The notes: generated from the letters alone by a model not told the origin. A stretch of 58,696 bases of DNA from an uncultured Candidatus Saccharibacteria bacterium (GCA_964364225.1 CAYIKP010000001.1:3789-62484), one strand, 5' to 3'; shown: positions 41,113 to 49,204, numbered from the stretch's first letter. Made by a program: numbers and translations.

Positions 41113-42489
41113 TTGAAACGGGCAAAATATTTCCAGTTCTGGTCTACGAAATTATTTATATTTTTTGTTGTTTTTTCGTCTCTTTTTCTTGCTCCCTTTG
41201 CTCAAATTCATGCTGCTGGAGTGCCAATGGTTTTTGCTTTAAATATTTCAGCCCAAGAATCTTCATCCACTAATTTTATAATTCCAGAACAGACACTTTT
41301 TTCTGGTAGTTTTTCAACCTCTACAAATTTTGGACTCCAAAGCTTACTCTCTCAAACAGCGGTCGGGACTACTACCTCAACAAGTTTTGGATTAAATCCA
41401 AGTTTTTTGTATTTTCCTTTCGTCTCCACTCCCGTAGTTGGTGCTACTGCAGGAGCTGAAAAAGTGGATTTATCCTGGGTCTCCGCTGACTCATCTACTG
41501 GTTGGGTGGTTTCTCAATATTCAGTAGGGCAATCAACTACCTCTGGTGGACCATACTCTTATACCAATTTAGGAAATGTTTTAACAAGTTCACGCACAGG
41601 GCTGACTGCGGGAACGACGTACTATTTTGTAATTAGGGCGTTAGATTTTTATAACAATGGCATAGCAACATCGAGTGAGGTTTCTGGCGTGCCAACTGCA
41701 TCTGGTGGCGGTGGTGGCGGTGGTGGCGGTGGTGGCGGAGGAGTTGGAACAACATTGGGATCTGGGTCCGTAATTTTTTCTGGAAGAGCGTATCCCAAAA
41801 TTACAGTGACAATTCTTAAGGATGCCCAAGTTTCTGCTACATCTATTGCTGGTGTTGATGGAACTTTTTCTGTAACAGTAGGTAGTCTTGTTGCTGGTAA
41901 TTATATTTTTTCTATTTATGCAGAAGATAAAGACGGAAGACGCTCGAGTTTACTTAGTTTTCCAGCAAGTGTGACGGCAAACATTGCAACAAATATAGAA
42001 GGTATCTTCTTAGCGCCAACAATTGCGGTTGATAAGAGCGAAGTCAAGAGAGGGGATAATATAGCCATTTTTGGACAGGGCGCACCTCAAGCGGATGTTG
42101 TGATTGCGGTTAACTCGGAAGAAGAATTTTTTGCAAAAACTATTTCAGATAAAAATGGAATTTATTTATATAATTTTGACAGTATTGTTCTAGAGTATGG
42201 TTCGCATAGCACTAAATCAAAAGCCTCAATTGGCAACCAATTGATTAGCGGTTATAGCTACGCCGCAAATTTCAAAGTGGGAACTAAAAATGTAGCTGCG
42301 GTTGGGATAGTAGCACAGTCGAATATTCCAGGAGATCAGAATGTAGATGGTAAAGTAAATTTAGTAGATTTTTCTATTTTAGCTTTTTGGTTTAAGAGAT
42401 TAAATCCACCATCTAAGGTGGATTTGAATCACGATGGAAAAGTGGATTTGATAGACTTCTCAATAATGGCTTACAACTGGACTGGATAA
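41113..42489 (+). CDS. secreted FN3-like / poly-Gly / dockerin-containing protein
   Basis: Signal peptide; 13-Gly linker encoded by (GGTGGC)n at 41702-41741; C-terminal duplicated Ca-loop dockerin repeats DQNVDGKVNLVDFS and DLNHDGKVDLIDFS; TTG start. Confidence 0.65.
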   Translation: MKRAKYFQFWSTKLFIFFVVFSSLFLAPFAQIHAAGVPMVFALNISAQESSSTNFIIPEQTLFSGSFSTSTNFGLQSLLSQTAVGTTTSTSFGLNPSFLYFPFVSTPVVGATAGAEKVDLSWVSADSSTGWVVSQYSVGQSTTSGGPYSYTNLGNVLTSSRTGLTAGTTYYFVIRALDFYNNGIATSSEVSGVPTASGGGGGGGGGGGGGVGTTLGSGSVIFSGRAYPKITVTILKDAQVSATSIAGVDGTFSVTVGSLVAGNYIFSIYAEDKDGRRSSLLSFPASVTANIATNIEGIFLAPTIAVDKSEVKRGDNIAIFGQGAPQADVVIAVNSEEEFFAKTISDKNGIYLYNFDSIVLEYGSHSTKSKASIGNQLISGYSYAANFKVGTKNVAAVGIVAQSNIPGDQNVDGKVNLVDFSILAFWFKRLNPPSKVDLNHDGKVDLIDFSIMAYNWTG

Positions 42490-42490
42490 T

Positions 42491-43327
42491 ATGAAATATA
42501 AATATATTTTAATTTTAGTTTTATTAATTTCCCCACTTATAACCCAAGCGGCGGAAATTTCTTTTTCTAGTCCAACAGCAGTTTCTATCGGAGAAGAAAT
42601 ACTGGTTTCTTTAGATGTTTCTTCCATGGCTCAAGTATTTAATGCTGTTTCTGGCAATATTGTTATTCCTAAAAATTTCTCAATTTCTCATATATATGAT
42701 GGGAGTTCAGTTGTAACTGTGTGGGTGGAGCGTCCATCAGTTAATAAAGAAGAAAATACCATTTCTTTTTCTGGAATAACCCCAGGTGGCGTTAAGGGTG
42801 ATTTTAAAATTATTTCTTTTGTTTTAAAACCGATGAGTTCCGGAAGTGTTGTGCTTAAGGCAGAGAATTTTTCACTGTTGGCAAATGATGGAAAGGGGAC
42901 AATAATCCCCGTTAAACATAATTCTCCAACAATTATTATTTCAAAAATAGTGAAGGAAAAAGTTATTACACAAGATGATTCATTTTCACCAGAATTATTT
43001 AAACCAACAATTTCAAGAACCATAGATATTTTTGAGGGTAAAAATTTTATTTCTTTCTCAACAAATGATAAAGGTGTTGGATTAGATCACTATGAAATAG
43101 CTTCTTCTTTTATTTTTTCACCAAAAAAGGAGTCTTACTCAATAACAGAAAGTCCGGTAGTACTTTCAAAGACACAGCTTGTTAAAAAGATATTTATAAA
43201 GGCGGTTGATAGAAATGGCAATGAGAGACTAGTTTATATAGCAGGACCGTACTATTACTATGGCATAATAGGCCTAATATTGGCCGTATTATTGGCGTTT
43301 TATCTAACTAGAAGGTTGTTGAAATAA
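42491..43327 (+). CDS. membrane-anchored cohesin-like protein
   Basis: Signal peptide, cohesin-like beta-sandwich region (AEISFSSP...LVSLDVSS...FSGITPGGVKGDFKIISFVLKP), C-terminal TM (IIGLILAVLLAFYL). Confidence 0.5.
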   Translation: MKYKYILILVLLISPLITQAAEISFSSPTAVSIGEEILVSLDVSSMAQVFNAVSGNIVIPKNFSISHIYDGSSVVTVWVERPSVNKEENTISFSGITPGGVKGDFKIISFVLKPMSSGSVVLKAENFSLLANDGKGTIIPVKHNSPTIIISKIVKEKVITQDDSFSPELFKPTISRTIDIFEGKNFISFSTNDKGVGLDHYEIASSFIFSPKKESYSITESPVVLSKTQLVKKIFIKAVDRNGNERLVYIAGPYYYYGIIGLILAVLLAFYLTRRLLK

Positions 43328-43393
43328 CATTGAACAACCAAGCGGAGCGAGTGAAATGGGTGCTTGTACACGATTTCCGAGCGAGCGAGGTTG

Positions 43394-43428
43394 CAATCCT
43401 TCCAGGAAGCTGGAAGGATTGACTTTTT
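43394..43428 (+). terminator. rho-independent terminator
   Basis: Perfect 11-bp stem caatccttcca/tggaaggattg, loop ggaagc, then acttttt. Confidence 0.75.
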
Positions 43429-43446
43429 AGGTGATGTGTGTATAAT
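43419..43446 (+). promoter_or_regulatory. promoter of the RRM gene (TTGACT-16-TATAAT), overlapping the terminator tail
   Basis: TTGACT at 43419-43424, TATAAT at 43441-43446. Confidence 0.55.
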
Positions 43447-43525
43447 AGGGGCCGTACAGATTGCTTACGTTACTGGTTCAAATCCGTGTGCGAAGCTTCC
43501 TGTAAGTTATAAGTAGCGTAAACAA

Positions 43526-43834
43526 ATGGCTAAAAAATTGTTCGTGGGCGGAATCCCTTACACTTCCACAGAAGATGCAATTCGTGCACTCTTCGCGACT
43601 GTTGGTGCTGTTGAGTCAGTTGCAATTATTACTGACCGCATGACCGGCCGTTCAAAAGGTTTCGGTTTCGTTGAAATGGTGTCTGATGAAGATGCTCAGA
43701 AAGCAATCGATACTTTGAACGAGTCAGACTTCGAAGGCAGAAAAATTTCTGTTAAAGAAGCACAACCAAAGGCTCCTCGTGAAGGAGGCTTCGGAGGTGG
43801 CGACAGAGGTGGACGTGGTCGTGGTGGATACTAA
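43526..43834 (+). CDS. RRM-type RNA-binding protein with RGG tail
   Basis: RNP2 LFVGGI and RNP1 KGFGFVEM; C-terminal GGFGGGDRGGRGRGGY. Confidence 0.85.
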   Translation: MAKKLFVGGIPYTSTEDAIRALFATVGAVESVAIITDRMTGRSKGFGFVEMVSDEDAQKAIDTLNESDFEGRKISVKEAQPKAPREGGFGGGDRGGRGRGGY

Positions 43835-43857
43835 TCCAATACGATTTTAGGATTCTC

Positions 43858-43895
43858 CTAAACAAAAGGCACCCGCGAGGGTGCCTTTTGTTTAG
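43858..43895 (+). terminator. rho-independent terminator
   Basis: ctaaacaaaaggcaccc-gcga-gggtgccttttgtttag, 17-bp stem with T-rich 3' side. Confidence 0.8.
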
Positions 43896-43961
43896 TCTTG
43901 ATTTTATTTTTTATAAACGTAATGTGTTTAAAGAAGAACACTAAAAGCCATCGGAGGGCAC

Positions 43962-44402
43962 ATGTCGCGATCGAGCGAAGAATTTTCGGCAGAGGAACGG
44001 GCTGTATTTGAGGCGTTCGTGGCAAAGCATTTACCACGGACCACGCCACTCAATGGCCATCCCAAGCTTCTGATCGTGAATCAGAGTGATCTCCCATTGC
44101 CGAATGTTATGCAGTGGATTCACGAACATGCACCCGCGATTGTCTCGATCTCCACTGTTGAAATGATGTTCAACAAGATGGAGGGTCGTTCTCAAAGAAT
44201 CGGGAATGGCAAAATTCTCCGTATTGCTCTAGAGGTTGTGGAGCGTCTTTTCGCAATGAGAGACAAGCATACCTTCAAGGTTGGATACAACATTGTGCTC
44301 ATCCTGCGGGGCGAGTACATGAATATCTCCGGTGAGGTTATCAGGCTTGCGACTTCGCTCGGTGCTGAATGCAAAGTGTATGAGCATGACGAATTGGTCT
44401 AG
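43962..44402 (+). CDS. hypothetical protein in a GC-elevated cassette
   Basis: 146 aa; about 53% GC (32/60 on line 44041); GGAGGG 3 nt before the ATG; own terminator. Confidence 0.5.
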   Translation: MSRSSEEFSAEERAVFEAFVAKHLPRTTPLNGHPKLLIVNQSDLPLPNVMQWIHEHAPAIVSISTVEMMFNKMEGRSQRIGNGKILRIALEVVERLFAMRDKHTFKVGYNIVLILRGEYMNISGEVIRLATSLGAECKVYEHDELV

Positions 44403-44420
44403 ATTGGGTTTGTGATTTAG

Positions 44421-44450
44421 GGCGCGCATTATAATGCGCGCCTTTTGTTT
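44421..44450 (+). terminator. rho-independent terminator
   Basis: ggcgcgcatt/aatgcgcgcc palindrome followed by ttttgttt. Confidence 0.8.
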
Positions 44451-44491
44451 AAAAATTAAAATAAAGCACCGCGCGAAAATTCACGCGGTGC
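44451..44491 (-). terminator. terminator of the minus-strand mini-gene
   Basis: gcaccgcg/cgcggtgc 8-bp stem (44466-44491) followed on the minus strand by tttattttaattttt. Confidence 0.6.
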
Positions 44492-44511
44492 TTGTAGTGC
44501 TAGAAGCGACC

Positions 44512-44631
44512 TTACTCCTTTTTACGCTTGGGACTGATGTTCACGATGCCCTGATCGTCGTTCTTGTTGACAGCTCTCACGGCAGCGAACACGATCACCG
44601 CTATGGCCACTACTCCGATGATAATCCACAT
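44512..44631 (-). CDS. 39-aa single-TM peptide (below the ORF-track cutoff)
   Basis: Minus strand: AAGGAGG-7 nt-ATG; MWIIIGVVAIAVIVFAAVRAVNKNDDQGIVNISPKRKKE; own terminator; GC-elevated. Confidence 0.55.
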   Translation of the reverse strand: MWIIIGVVAIAVIVFAAVRAVNKNDDQGIVNISPKRKKE

Positions 44632-44716
44632 AGTACTGCCTCCTTTTGGTTGGTTCCACTCTCATTTCTACTCCTTTTGTTTTTTTAATGCAAGTCATAT
44701 GAGATAATCAGTACAA

Positions 44717-45175
44717 ATGACAAGGATATTATTTGTTATTGCTATAACATTCCTTTTTACATTTTTTGTATTTTATTTTGGACAACAATTTTATATCAAC
44801 AGCTCCCAAAGAGAGCTTAAGTTTGATAAAAAAATAACTATTGGCGGTGCACATTTTTTAGTAGATTTTTCAAAAACAGACAAGGAGAGTTCTAGGGGTT
44901 TGTCAAAACTGGAAAAACTTTTGCCTGATCAGGGCTTATTGATGTTTTTTCAGTACGAAAATGATTGGGGTATTTGGATGAAAGACATGAACTTTCCTAT
45001 AGATATCGTTTGGATCAACAAAAATAAAGAAGTCTCATATATAAGAGAGAGAATAAGCCCGAACACATACCCAGAGATATTTTACCCACCAGGGAAAGAG
45101 CTATATGTGCTTGAATTGCCTGCAGGGACCGTGGAAATGAAGCACATTAAGGTTGGGGACTTGTTGCTCTATTAA
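44717..45175 (+). CDS. DUF192-like protein with N-terminal TM
   Basis: 152 aa; ...MNFPIDIVWIN...ELYVLELPAGT resembles the DUF192/COG1430 family. Confidence 0.7.
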   Translation: MTRILFVIAITFLFTFFVFYFGQQFYINSSQRELKFDKKITIGGAHFLVDFSKTDKESSRGLSKLEKLLPDQGLLMFFQYENDWGIWMKDMNFPIDIVWINKNKEVSYIRERISPNTYPEIFYPPGKELYVLELPAGTVEMKHIKVGDLLLY

Positions 45176-45193
45176 ACCGCTATAGTGCTGGGG

Positions 45194-45199
45194 TATAAT
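45194..45199 (+). promoter_or_regulatory. -10 box TATAAT 6 nt upstream of the gap ATG
   Basis: TATAAT at 45194-45199, spacer gctttt, ATG at 45206. Confidence 0.5.
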
Positions 45200-45205
45200 G
45201 CTTTT

Positions 45206-46276
45206 ATGTCTATTAAAGTTGCTGTAAACGGCGCAGGAAGAATTGGGCGTGCATTTATAAAATTAGCTGTAAATAATCCAGAGATTGAACTCGTAGCAAT
45301 AAATGATTTAGGAGATATTGATAATATTGCTTATTTAATAAAACACGACTCTGTTTATGGAGAAGTACAATTTCCAGTTGAAGTATCTCAGGATAAGAAA
45401 AGTTTAATTTTGAATGGTTTGAGCGTTGCATTTCTATCAGAAAAAGATCCGAGCTTATTGCCATGGAAAAATTTAGATATAGATGTGGTAGTGGAATCAA
45501 CTGGTTTTTTCACTACCTATGAAAAATCAAAAGCTCACTTAGATGCTGGAGCAAAAAAAGTAGTAGTGACGGCGCCAATGAAAGATGATCCAGCTGGTGT
45601 TGCAGGCGCAACAATTCTTATGGGAGTAAATGAGGAAGAGTTTCCTAGATGCGTTATAACATCTGATGCTTCCTGCACCACCAATGCCGCGTCTCCACTT
45701 ATTGCTATTTTGGATGAAACTATAGGAATTGAAAAAGCTGTTTTAAACACAGTGCATGCCAATACCGCCAGTCAGCCAATTGTGGATAGCGCTAACACAA
45801 AAGATTTTAGAGAAGGAAGAGCTGGGGCCTACAATATTGTCCCAACATCGACAGGCGCTGCCATTGCTGTGACAAAAGCATTTCCAAAGCTTATCGGGTT
45901 GTTTGATGGAATTGCTATTCGTGTTCCCGTTATTGCTGGCTCAATCGTGGATGTAACTTTTATCTCTAAAAGAGAAACAAGTGTTGAAGAGGTAAATGAA
46001 ATATTGAGAAATGCATCCAAAGATAAAAGATGGACAGAGATTTTTTCAGTAACTGAAGAGCAATTGGTGTCGAGCGATATTGTTGGGTCGAAATATGGCT
46101 CAATTGCAGACTTAAAACTTACAAGGGTTATTGGTGGTAATTTGGTAAAAGTTTTGGCTTGGTACGACAATGAAATGGGGTACACGAATACACTTTTGGC
46201 ACACGTGCTAAAAACAGGCCGTTCAGGCTCTGAGAGCCTTCAGGACATTCGTCTCCGAGAGACTCAGTCTCGATGA
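45206..46276 (+). CDS. gap: glyceraldehyde-3-phosphate dehydrogenase
   Basis: NAD-binding VNGAGRIGR, catalytic-Cys context SDASCTTNA; start at ATG 45206 (MSIKVAVNG), in frame with ORF-track GTG 45185. Confidence 0.9.
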   Translation: MSIKVAVNGAGRIGRAFIKLAVNNPEIELVAINDLGDIDNIAYLIKHDSVYGEVQFPVEVSQDKKSLILNGLSVAFLSEKDPSLLPWKNLDIDVVVESTGFFTTYEKSKAHLDAGAKKVVVTAPMKDDPAGVAGATILMGVNEEEFPRCVITSDASCTTNAASPLIAILDETIGIEKAVLNTVHANTASQPIVDSANTKDFREGRAGAYNIVPTSTGAAIAVTKAFPKLIGLFDGIAIRVPVIAGSIVDVTFISKRETSVEEVNEILRNASKDKRWTEIFSVTEEQLVSSDIVGSKYGSIADLKLTRVIGGNLVKVLAWYDNEMGYTNTLLAHVLKTGRSGSESLQDIRLRETQSR

Positions 46277-46300
46277 GCTTGATGAGAAAGAATTAAAATT

Positions 46301-46771
46301 ATGAAGATATATATAGGGAGTGATCATGCAGGGCTTACTCACAAAGTAGAAATAGTAAAAAGTCTTAAAAATATGGGTTTTGAGGTTATTGATTGTGGTG
46401 CAATGGAATTTAACGAAGAAGACGATTATCCAGATTTTTGCATAAAGGTGGCCAAAGAGGTTTCTCAAAATCCAGCCAATTCTAGGGGAATAGTTTTAGG
46501 GGGATCAGGGCAAGGTGAGGCAATGGTTTGCAACCGTTTTCATAAAGTTCGTGCTGCTGTTTATTACGGTGCAAAGGACACCATTCCTGGGGATCATAGT
46601 ATTTTAGAACTTTCTAGAGACCATAATGATGCAAATGTTTTATCAATAGGCGCTAGATTTGTAACGGTAGAAGAGGCAGTGGAAGCAGTTTCAGCATGGA
46701 TCAATACGCCATTTTCAGAAGAAGAGAGACATAAAAGGAGAATTGCAAAAATAGATAGAGCGCATGAATAA
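46301..46771 (+). CDS. rpiB: ribose-5-phosphate isomerase B
   Basis: MKIYIGSDHAG and GSGQGEAMVCNR motifs of the RpiB/LacAB family. Confidence 0.9.
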   Translation: MKIYIGSDHAGLTHKVEIVKSLKNMGFEVIDCGAMEFNEEDDYPDFCIKVAKEVSQNPANSRGIVLGGSGQGEAMVCNRFHKVRAAVYYGAKDTIPGDHSILELSRDHNDANVLSIGARFVTVEEAVEAVSAWINTPFSEEERHKRRIAKIDRAHE

Positions 46772-47483
46772 AATACCCCAAATTATTCCTTCAATTTTAG
46801 AAGATAAGTTTGTTGAGATAGAGAAAAAAGTGGAAACCATTTCTTATGATTCTTCGTGGGTGCAGATTGATATTGTCGATGGAGTATATGCGCCATACAA
46901 AACCTGGCCATTTTTAAAGACGGATGACGAAGACTTAAAAGCATTAGTTCAGGAAGATAAGTCACTTCCTGAATGGGAAAATGTTTCTTACGAGTTTGAT
47001 TTAATGGTTGCTAATCCTAGAGCTGTCGCAGATACATTTGCAATGGCGGGAGCTTCTAAAATAATTGTTCATTATTCTTCATTTAAAGATGGGGAAGAGA
47101 TGGGAGTTTTTTTAAGGGAATTTAAAAATAGATACACTTTGCATGGCCCACTTTCAGTGGAATTGGGTTTAGCGATTGGGACTGATATAAATATAGAAGA
47201 AATTTTAAAATACAAAGACACAGTTGATTTCGTGCAGTTGATGGGGATTGATCACATAGGAAGACAAGGTGAAAAATTTAATGAAAACACAATAGAGCGT
47301 GTGGCTGAGCTAAAGAAGCTAGCACCAGAGATGGGTATTCAGGTAGATGGGGGAGTAAAAGAGGAATATATACAAAAATTGGTTGAGGTTGGGGTAGACA
47401 GAATAATTGTGGGTTCTGCTATTTGGAAAGCAGAGGACCCTATAGAAGAGTTTGAAAAATTTTTAGAAATTGCCTCAAAATAA
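46764..47483 (+). CDS. rpe: ribulose-phosphate 3-epimerase-like TIM-barrel protein
   Basis: IIPSIL...VQIDIVDG...VDGGV pattern; overlaps rpiB by 8 nt. Confidence 0.75.
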   Translation: MNKIPQIIPSILEDKFVEIEKKVETISYDSSWVQIDIVDGVYAPYKTWPFLKTDDEDLKALVQEDKSLPEWENVSYEFDLMVANPRAVADTFAMAGASKIIVHYSSFKDGEEMGVFLREFKNRYTLHGPLSVELGLAIGTDINIEEILKYKDTVDFVQLMGIDHIGRQGEKFNENTIERVAELKKLAPEMGIQVDGGVKEEYIQKLVEVGVDRIIVGSAIWKAEDPIEEFEKFLEIASK

Positions 47484-47512
47484 GGGTTTATTTTGAGGCC
47501 CCTATTTACTAC

Positions 47513-47541
47513 TTGACAAACAACTAATTTAGGTATATACT
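47513..47541 (+). promoter_or_regulatory. sigma-70-type promoter (TTGACA-17-TATACT) of the DGR target gene
   Basis: TTGACA at 47513-47518, 17-nt spacer, TATACT at 47536-47541. Confidence 0.65.
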
Positions 47542-47575
47542 AGGTCTAGTAAAGTACCTTAATAAACCACTTGCA

Positions 47576-47634
47576 TCGCCATAGCTTTTAGAGCTTCAAA
47601 TCAGATTAATTTGGAGAATTAAAAGCTATGGCGA
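47576..47634 (+). promoter_or_regulatory. long 5'-UTR hairpin upstream of the DGR target gene
   Basis: Perfect 15-bp stem tcgccatagctttta/taaaagctatggcga with 29-nt loop; followed by a gctatc-GCAA-gatagc hairpin (47664-47679) and GGGAGA SD. Confidence 0.6.
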
Positions 47635-47694
47635 CACAACGGTCGTCCACTGGCAAACTAGCTATCGCAAGATAGCGCTTCATGGGAGAACCCT

Positions 47695-48303
47695 ATGAGC
47701 ACCAACGCAACACTGGACCAGGCCGGTCACGTCCTTCGTCTCGTAAGCGACAAGGGCGTCACCAAGGAACAACTGGCGGGCATCGTGAACGACGGCACCC
47801 TGCCGGACTTCCTCGAAGCCGTGGCAACGGGCTCTAACAAGAGCCGGGAAGAACTTCGCGCTTTCCTCGGCCTCGGCCCGCTCGTCCTCTCGGTCATCGT
47901 GGATTACACGATGAGCCTCGCCGATATGATCAAGGCGGGGAAGTACGACTGGACGAACCACGACATCACCGAGAAGCGATTCCCCGTGAAGGGCGAGGGC
48001 AAGAAGGAGACCGCCGTCGAACTCATCCACTTCAACCGTGTGATGAACTCCAACCAGGTGGAGCAGGAACTCGACAAGATGGGACTTCGTCCCGGAACGA
48101 CCGAGGAACTGCTCGCCTTCGGCGCGACCTTCCCGGAAACGCAACGGAAGTTCCCTATCCTCGCGCTCGGCTCAGTCGCCGAGATCAGCGGTGGTCGCGT
48201 CGTGGCGTACCTCGACGGGGGCGGCTCCGAGCGTAGGCTCCGCCTGTACTGGCCTGACAACGACTGGAGCGTGGTCTGTCGGTTCCTCGCTGTTCGCAAG
48301 TAG
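47695..48303 (+). CDS. DGR target (variable) protein, GC-rich
   Basis: 202 aa; the last 43 codons are the VR; about 63% GC (38/60 on line 47761); GGGAGA 5 nt before the ATG; C-terminus ...YWPDNDWSVVCRFLAVRK. Confidence 0.85.
   Translation: MSTNATLDQAGHVLRLVSDKGVTKEQLAGIVNDGTLPDFLEAVATGSNKSREELRAFLGLGPLVLSVIVDYTMSLADMIKAGKYDWTNHDITEKRFPVKGEGKKETAVELIHFNRVMNSNQVEQELDKMGLRPGTTEELLAFGATFPETQRKFPILALGSVAEISGGRVVAYLDGGGSERRLRLYWPDNDWSVVCRFLAVRK
48169..48297 (+). repeat. DGR variable region (VR)
   Basis: 129 nt, gap-free match to 48658-48786 with 23 mismatches, 22 of them at TR adenines. Confidence 0.9.
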
Positions 48304-48358
48304 TACTCTGGCACTCGGACCTTGGATCAGACGCTTTGATCCTTTGGCCCTTGAGCGC

Positions 48359-48394
48359 GGCCCCGACACGAGATGTGTCGGGGCCGTTTCATTT
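48359..48394 (+). terminator. GC-rich hairpin / terminator downstream of the VR
   Basis: ggccccgacac-gagat-gtgtcggggcc (48359-48385) followed by gtttcattt. Confidence 0.7.
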
Positions 48395-48657
48395 ATATAA
48401 ATTTCTTCTATACAATGATAATGACAAATGAAAAATCTAAGGTTACGGCTTTAGGTAATTTGTCCGCACACCTAGGTAATGAGAATTTCGGAGATTACGA
48501 TTTCCGAAAGAGGGTTTCTAGGTTTGGATTAAAAACTAGAGAAAGTTGGTGCGATACACTTTGTGATAATAAAGATCACGAATACGATTCAATCTCAAAA
48601 GTCCGACTAAGATTTTTCGGACTTAAGAGATGGTGGCATGGATGGCGTGTCGCACAT

Positions 48658-48786
48658 GGCTCAGTCGCCAAGATCAACGGTAACCGCAACGTGGCGTACC
48701 TCAACAGGAACGACTCCAAGCGTAAGCTCAACCTGAACTGGCAAGACAACGACTGGAACGAGATCTATCGGTTCCTCGCTGTTCGC
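48658..48786 (+). repeat. DGR template region (TR)
   Basis: Adenine-rich copy of the VR with 9 AAC codons in the VR frame; the last 18-19 nt have no A and are identical to the VR. Confidence 0.9.
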
Positions 48787-48788
48787 TA

Positions 48789-49121
48789 CTATCCATGGTT
48801 CTCCTGGGATTTGTTCCCAGGAGTTTTGTTAACAAGTTGTCTCTTCCAACCCCCGAGCATTTTCCCAATCTCGTTAAGCATTTCAGATATATGAGTATAT
48901 TTTTTTGTATCAAGTGCTTTTATTTCCCAAGCAAGTTGTAAAAGAAGTTTTATTAGATCAACCCTTGAAATTGCTCTATCAACTAGCACAATTTTTTCCA
49001 CACTTGTTGAGTAACTTGCGAGAAAACAATATTCAATGGCAGCCAAAAACACGTCGTCAATCTTCGAACCGAGTGTAAAACGATTTGCTTTCGGAAAATG
49101 TGTTAAAAACCCTTGCCACAC
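48789..49121 (-). CDS. avd: Avd-like four-helix-bundle accessory protein (N-terminally incomplete as called)
   Basis: ...FPKANRFTLGSKIDD...EIGKMLGGWKRQ resembles the DGR Avd / 23S-IVS four-helix-bundle family; lies on the strand opposite to TR and RT; the frame stays open upstream of GTG 49121. Confidence 0.7.
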   Translation of the reverse strand: MWQGFLTHFPKANRFTLGSKIDDVFLAAIEYCFLASYSTSVEKIVLVDRAISRVDLIKLLLQLAWEIKALDTKKYTHISEMLNEIGKMLGGWKRQLVNKTPGNKSQENHG

Positions 49122-49204
49122 GCCGTATACATCCTTAAGCTTGAGTACAACAGGTATCAGTCTCTCGCTAAATCGTGCGGGGGGGGAGACTTTAAAGTAA
49201 ATAA

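Noticed and set aside
44434-44688. 84-aa plus-strand ORF
   Set aside because: It starts inside the terminator palindrome and is antisense to the SD-led 39-aa membrane peptide with its own terminator. It has no start context.
47680-48400. Antisense and alternative-frame ORFs (47680-48144, 47904-48314, 48172-48369, 48191-48400) over the DGR target gene
   Set aside because: These are GC-rich shadow frames. The plus-strand frame is fixed by the VR/TR codon pattern (AAC codons), the SD and the promoter.
48373-48894. 173-aa ORF that runs through the DGR template region
   Set aside because: Its only protein-like part is the TR itself, which mirrors the VR frame. The upstream part is low-complexity AT-rich sequence with no similarity to the target protein. 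It overlaps the convergent Avd ORF. TRs are non-coding templates.
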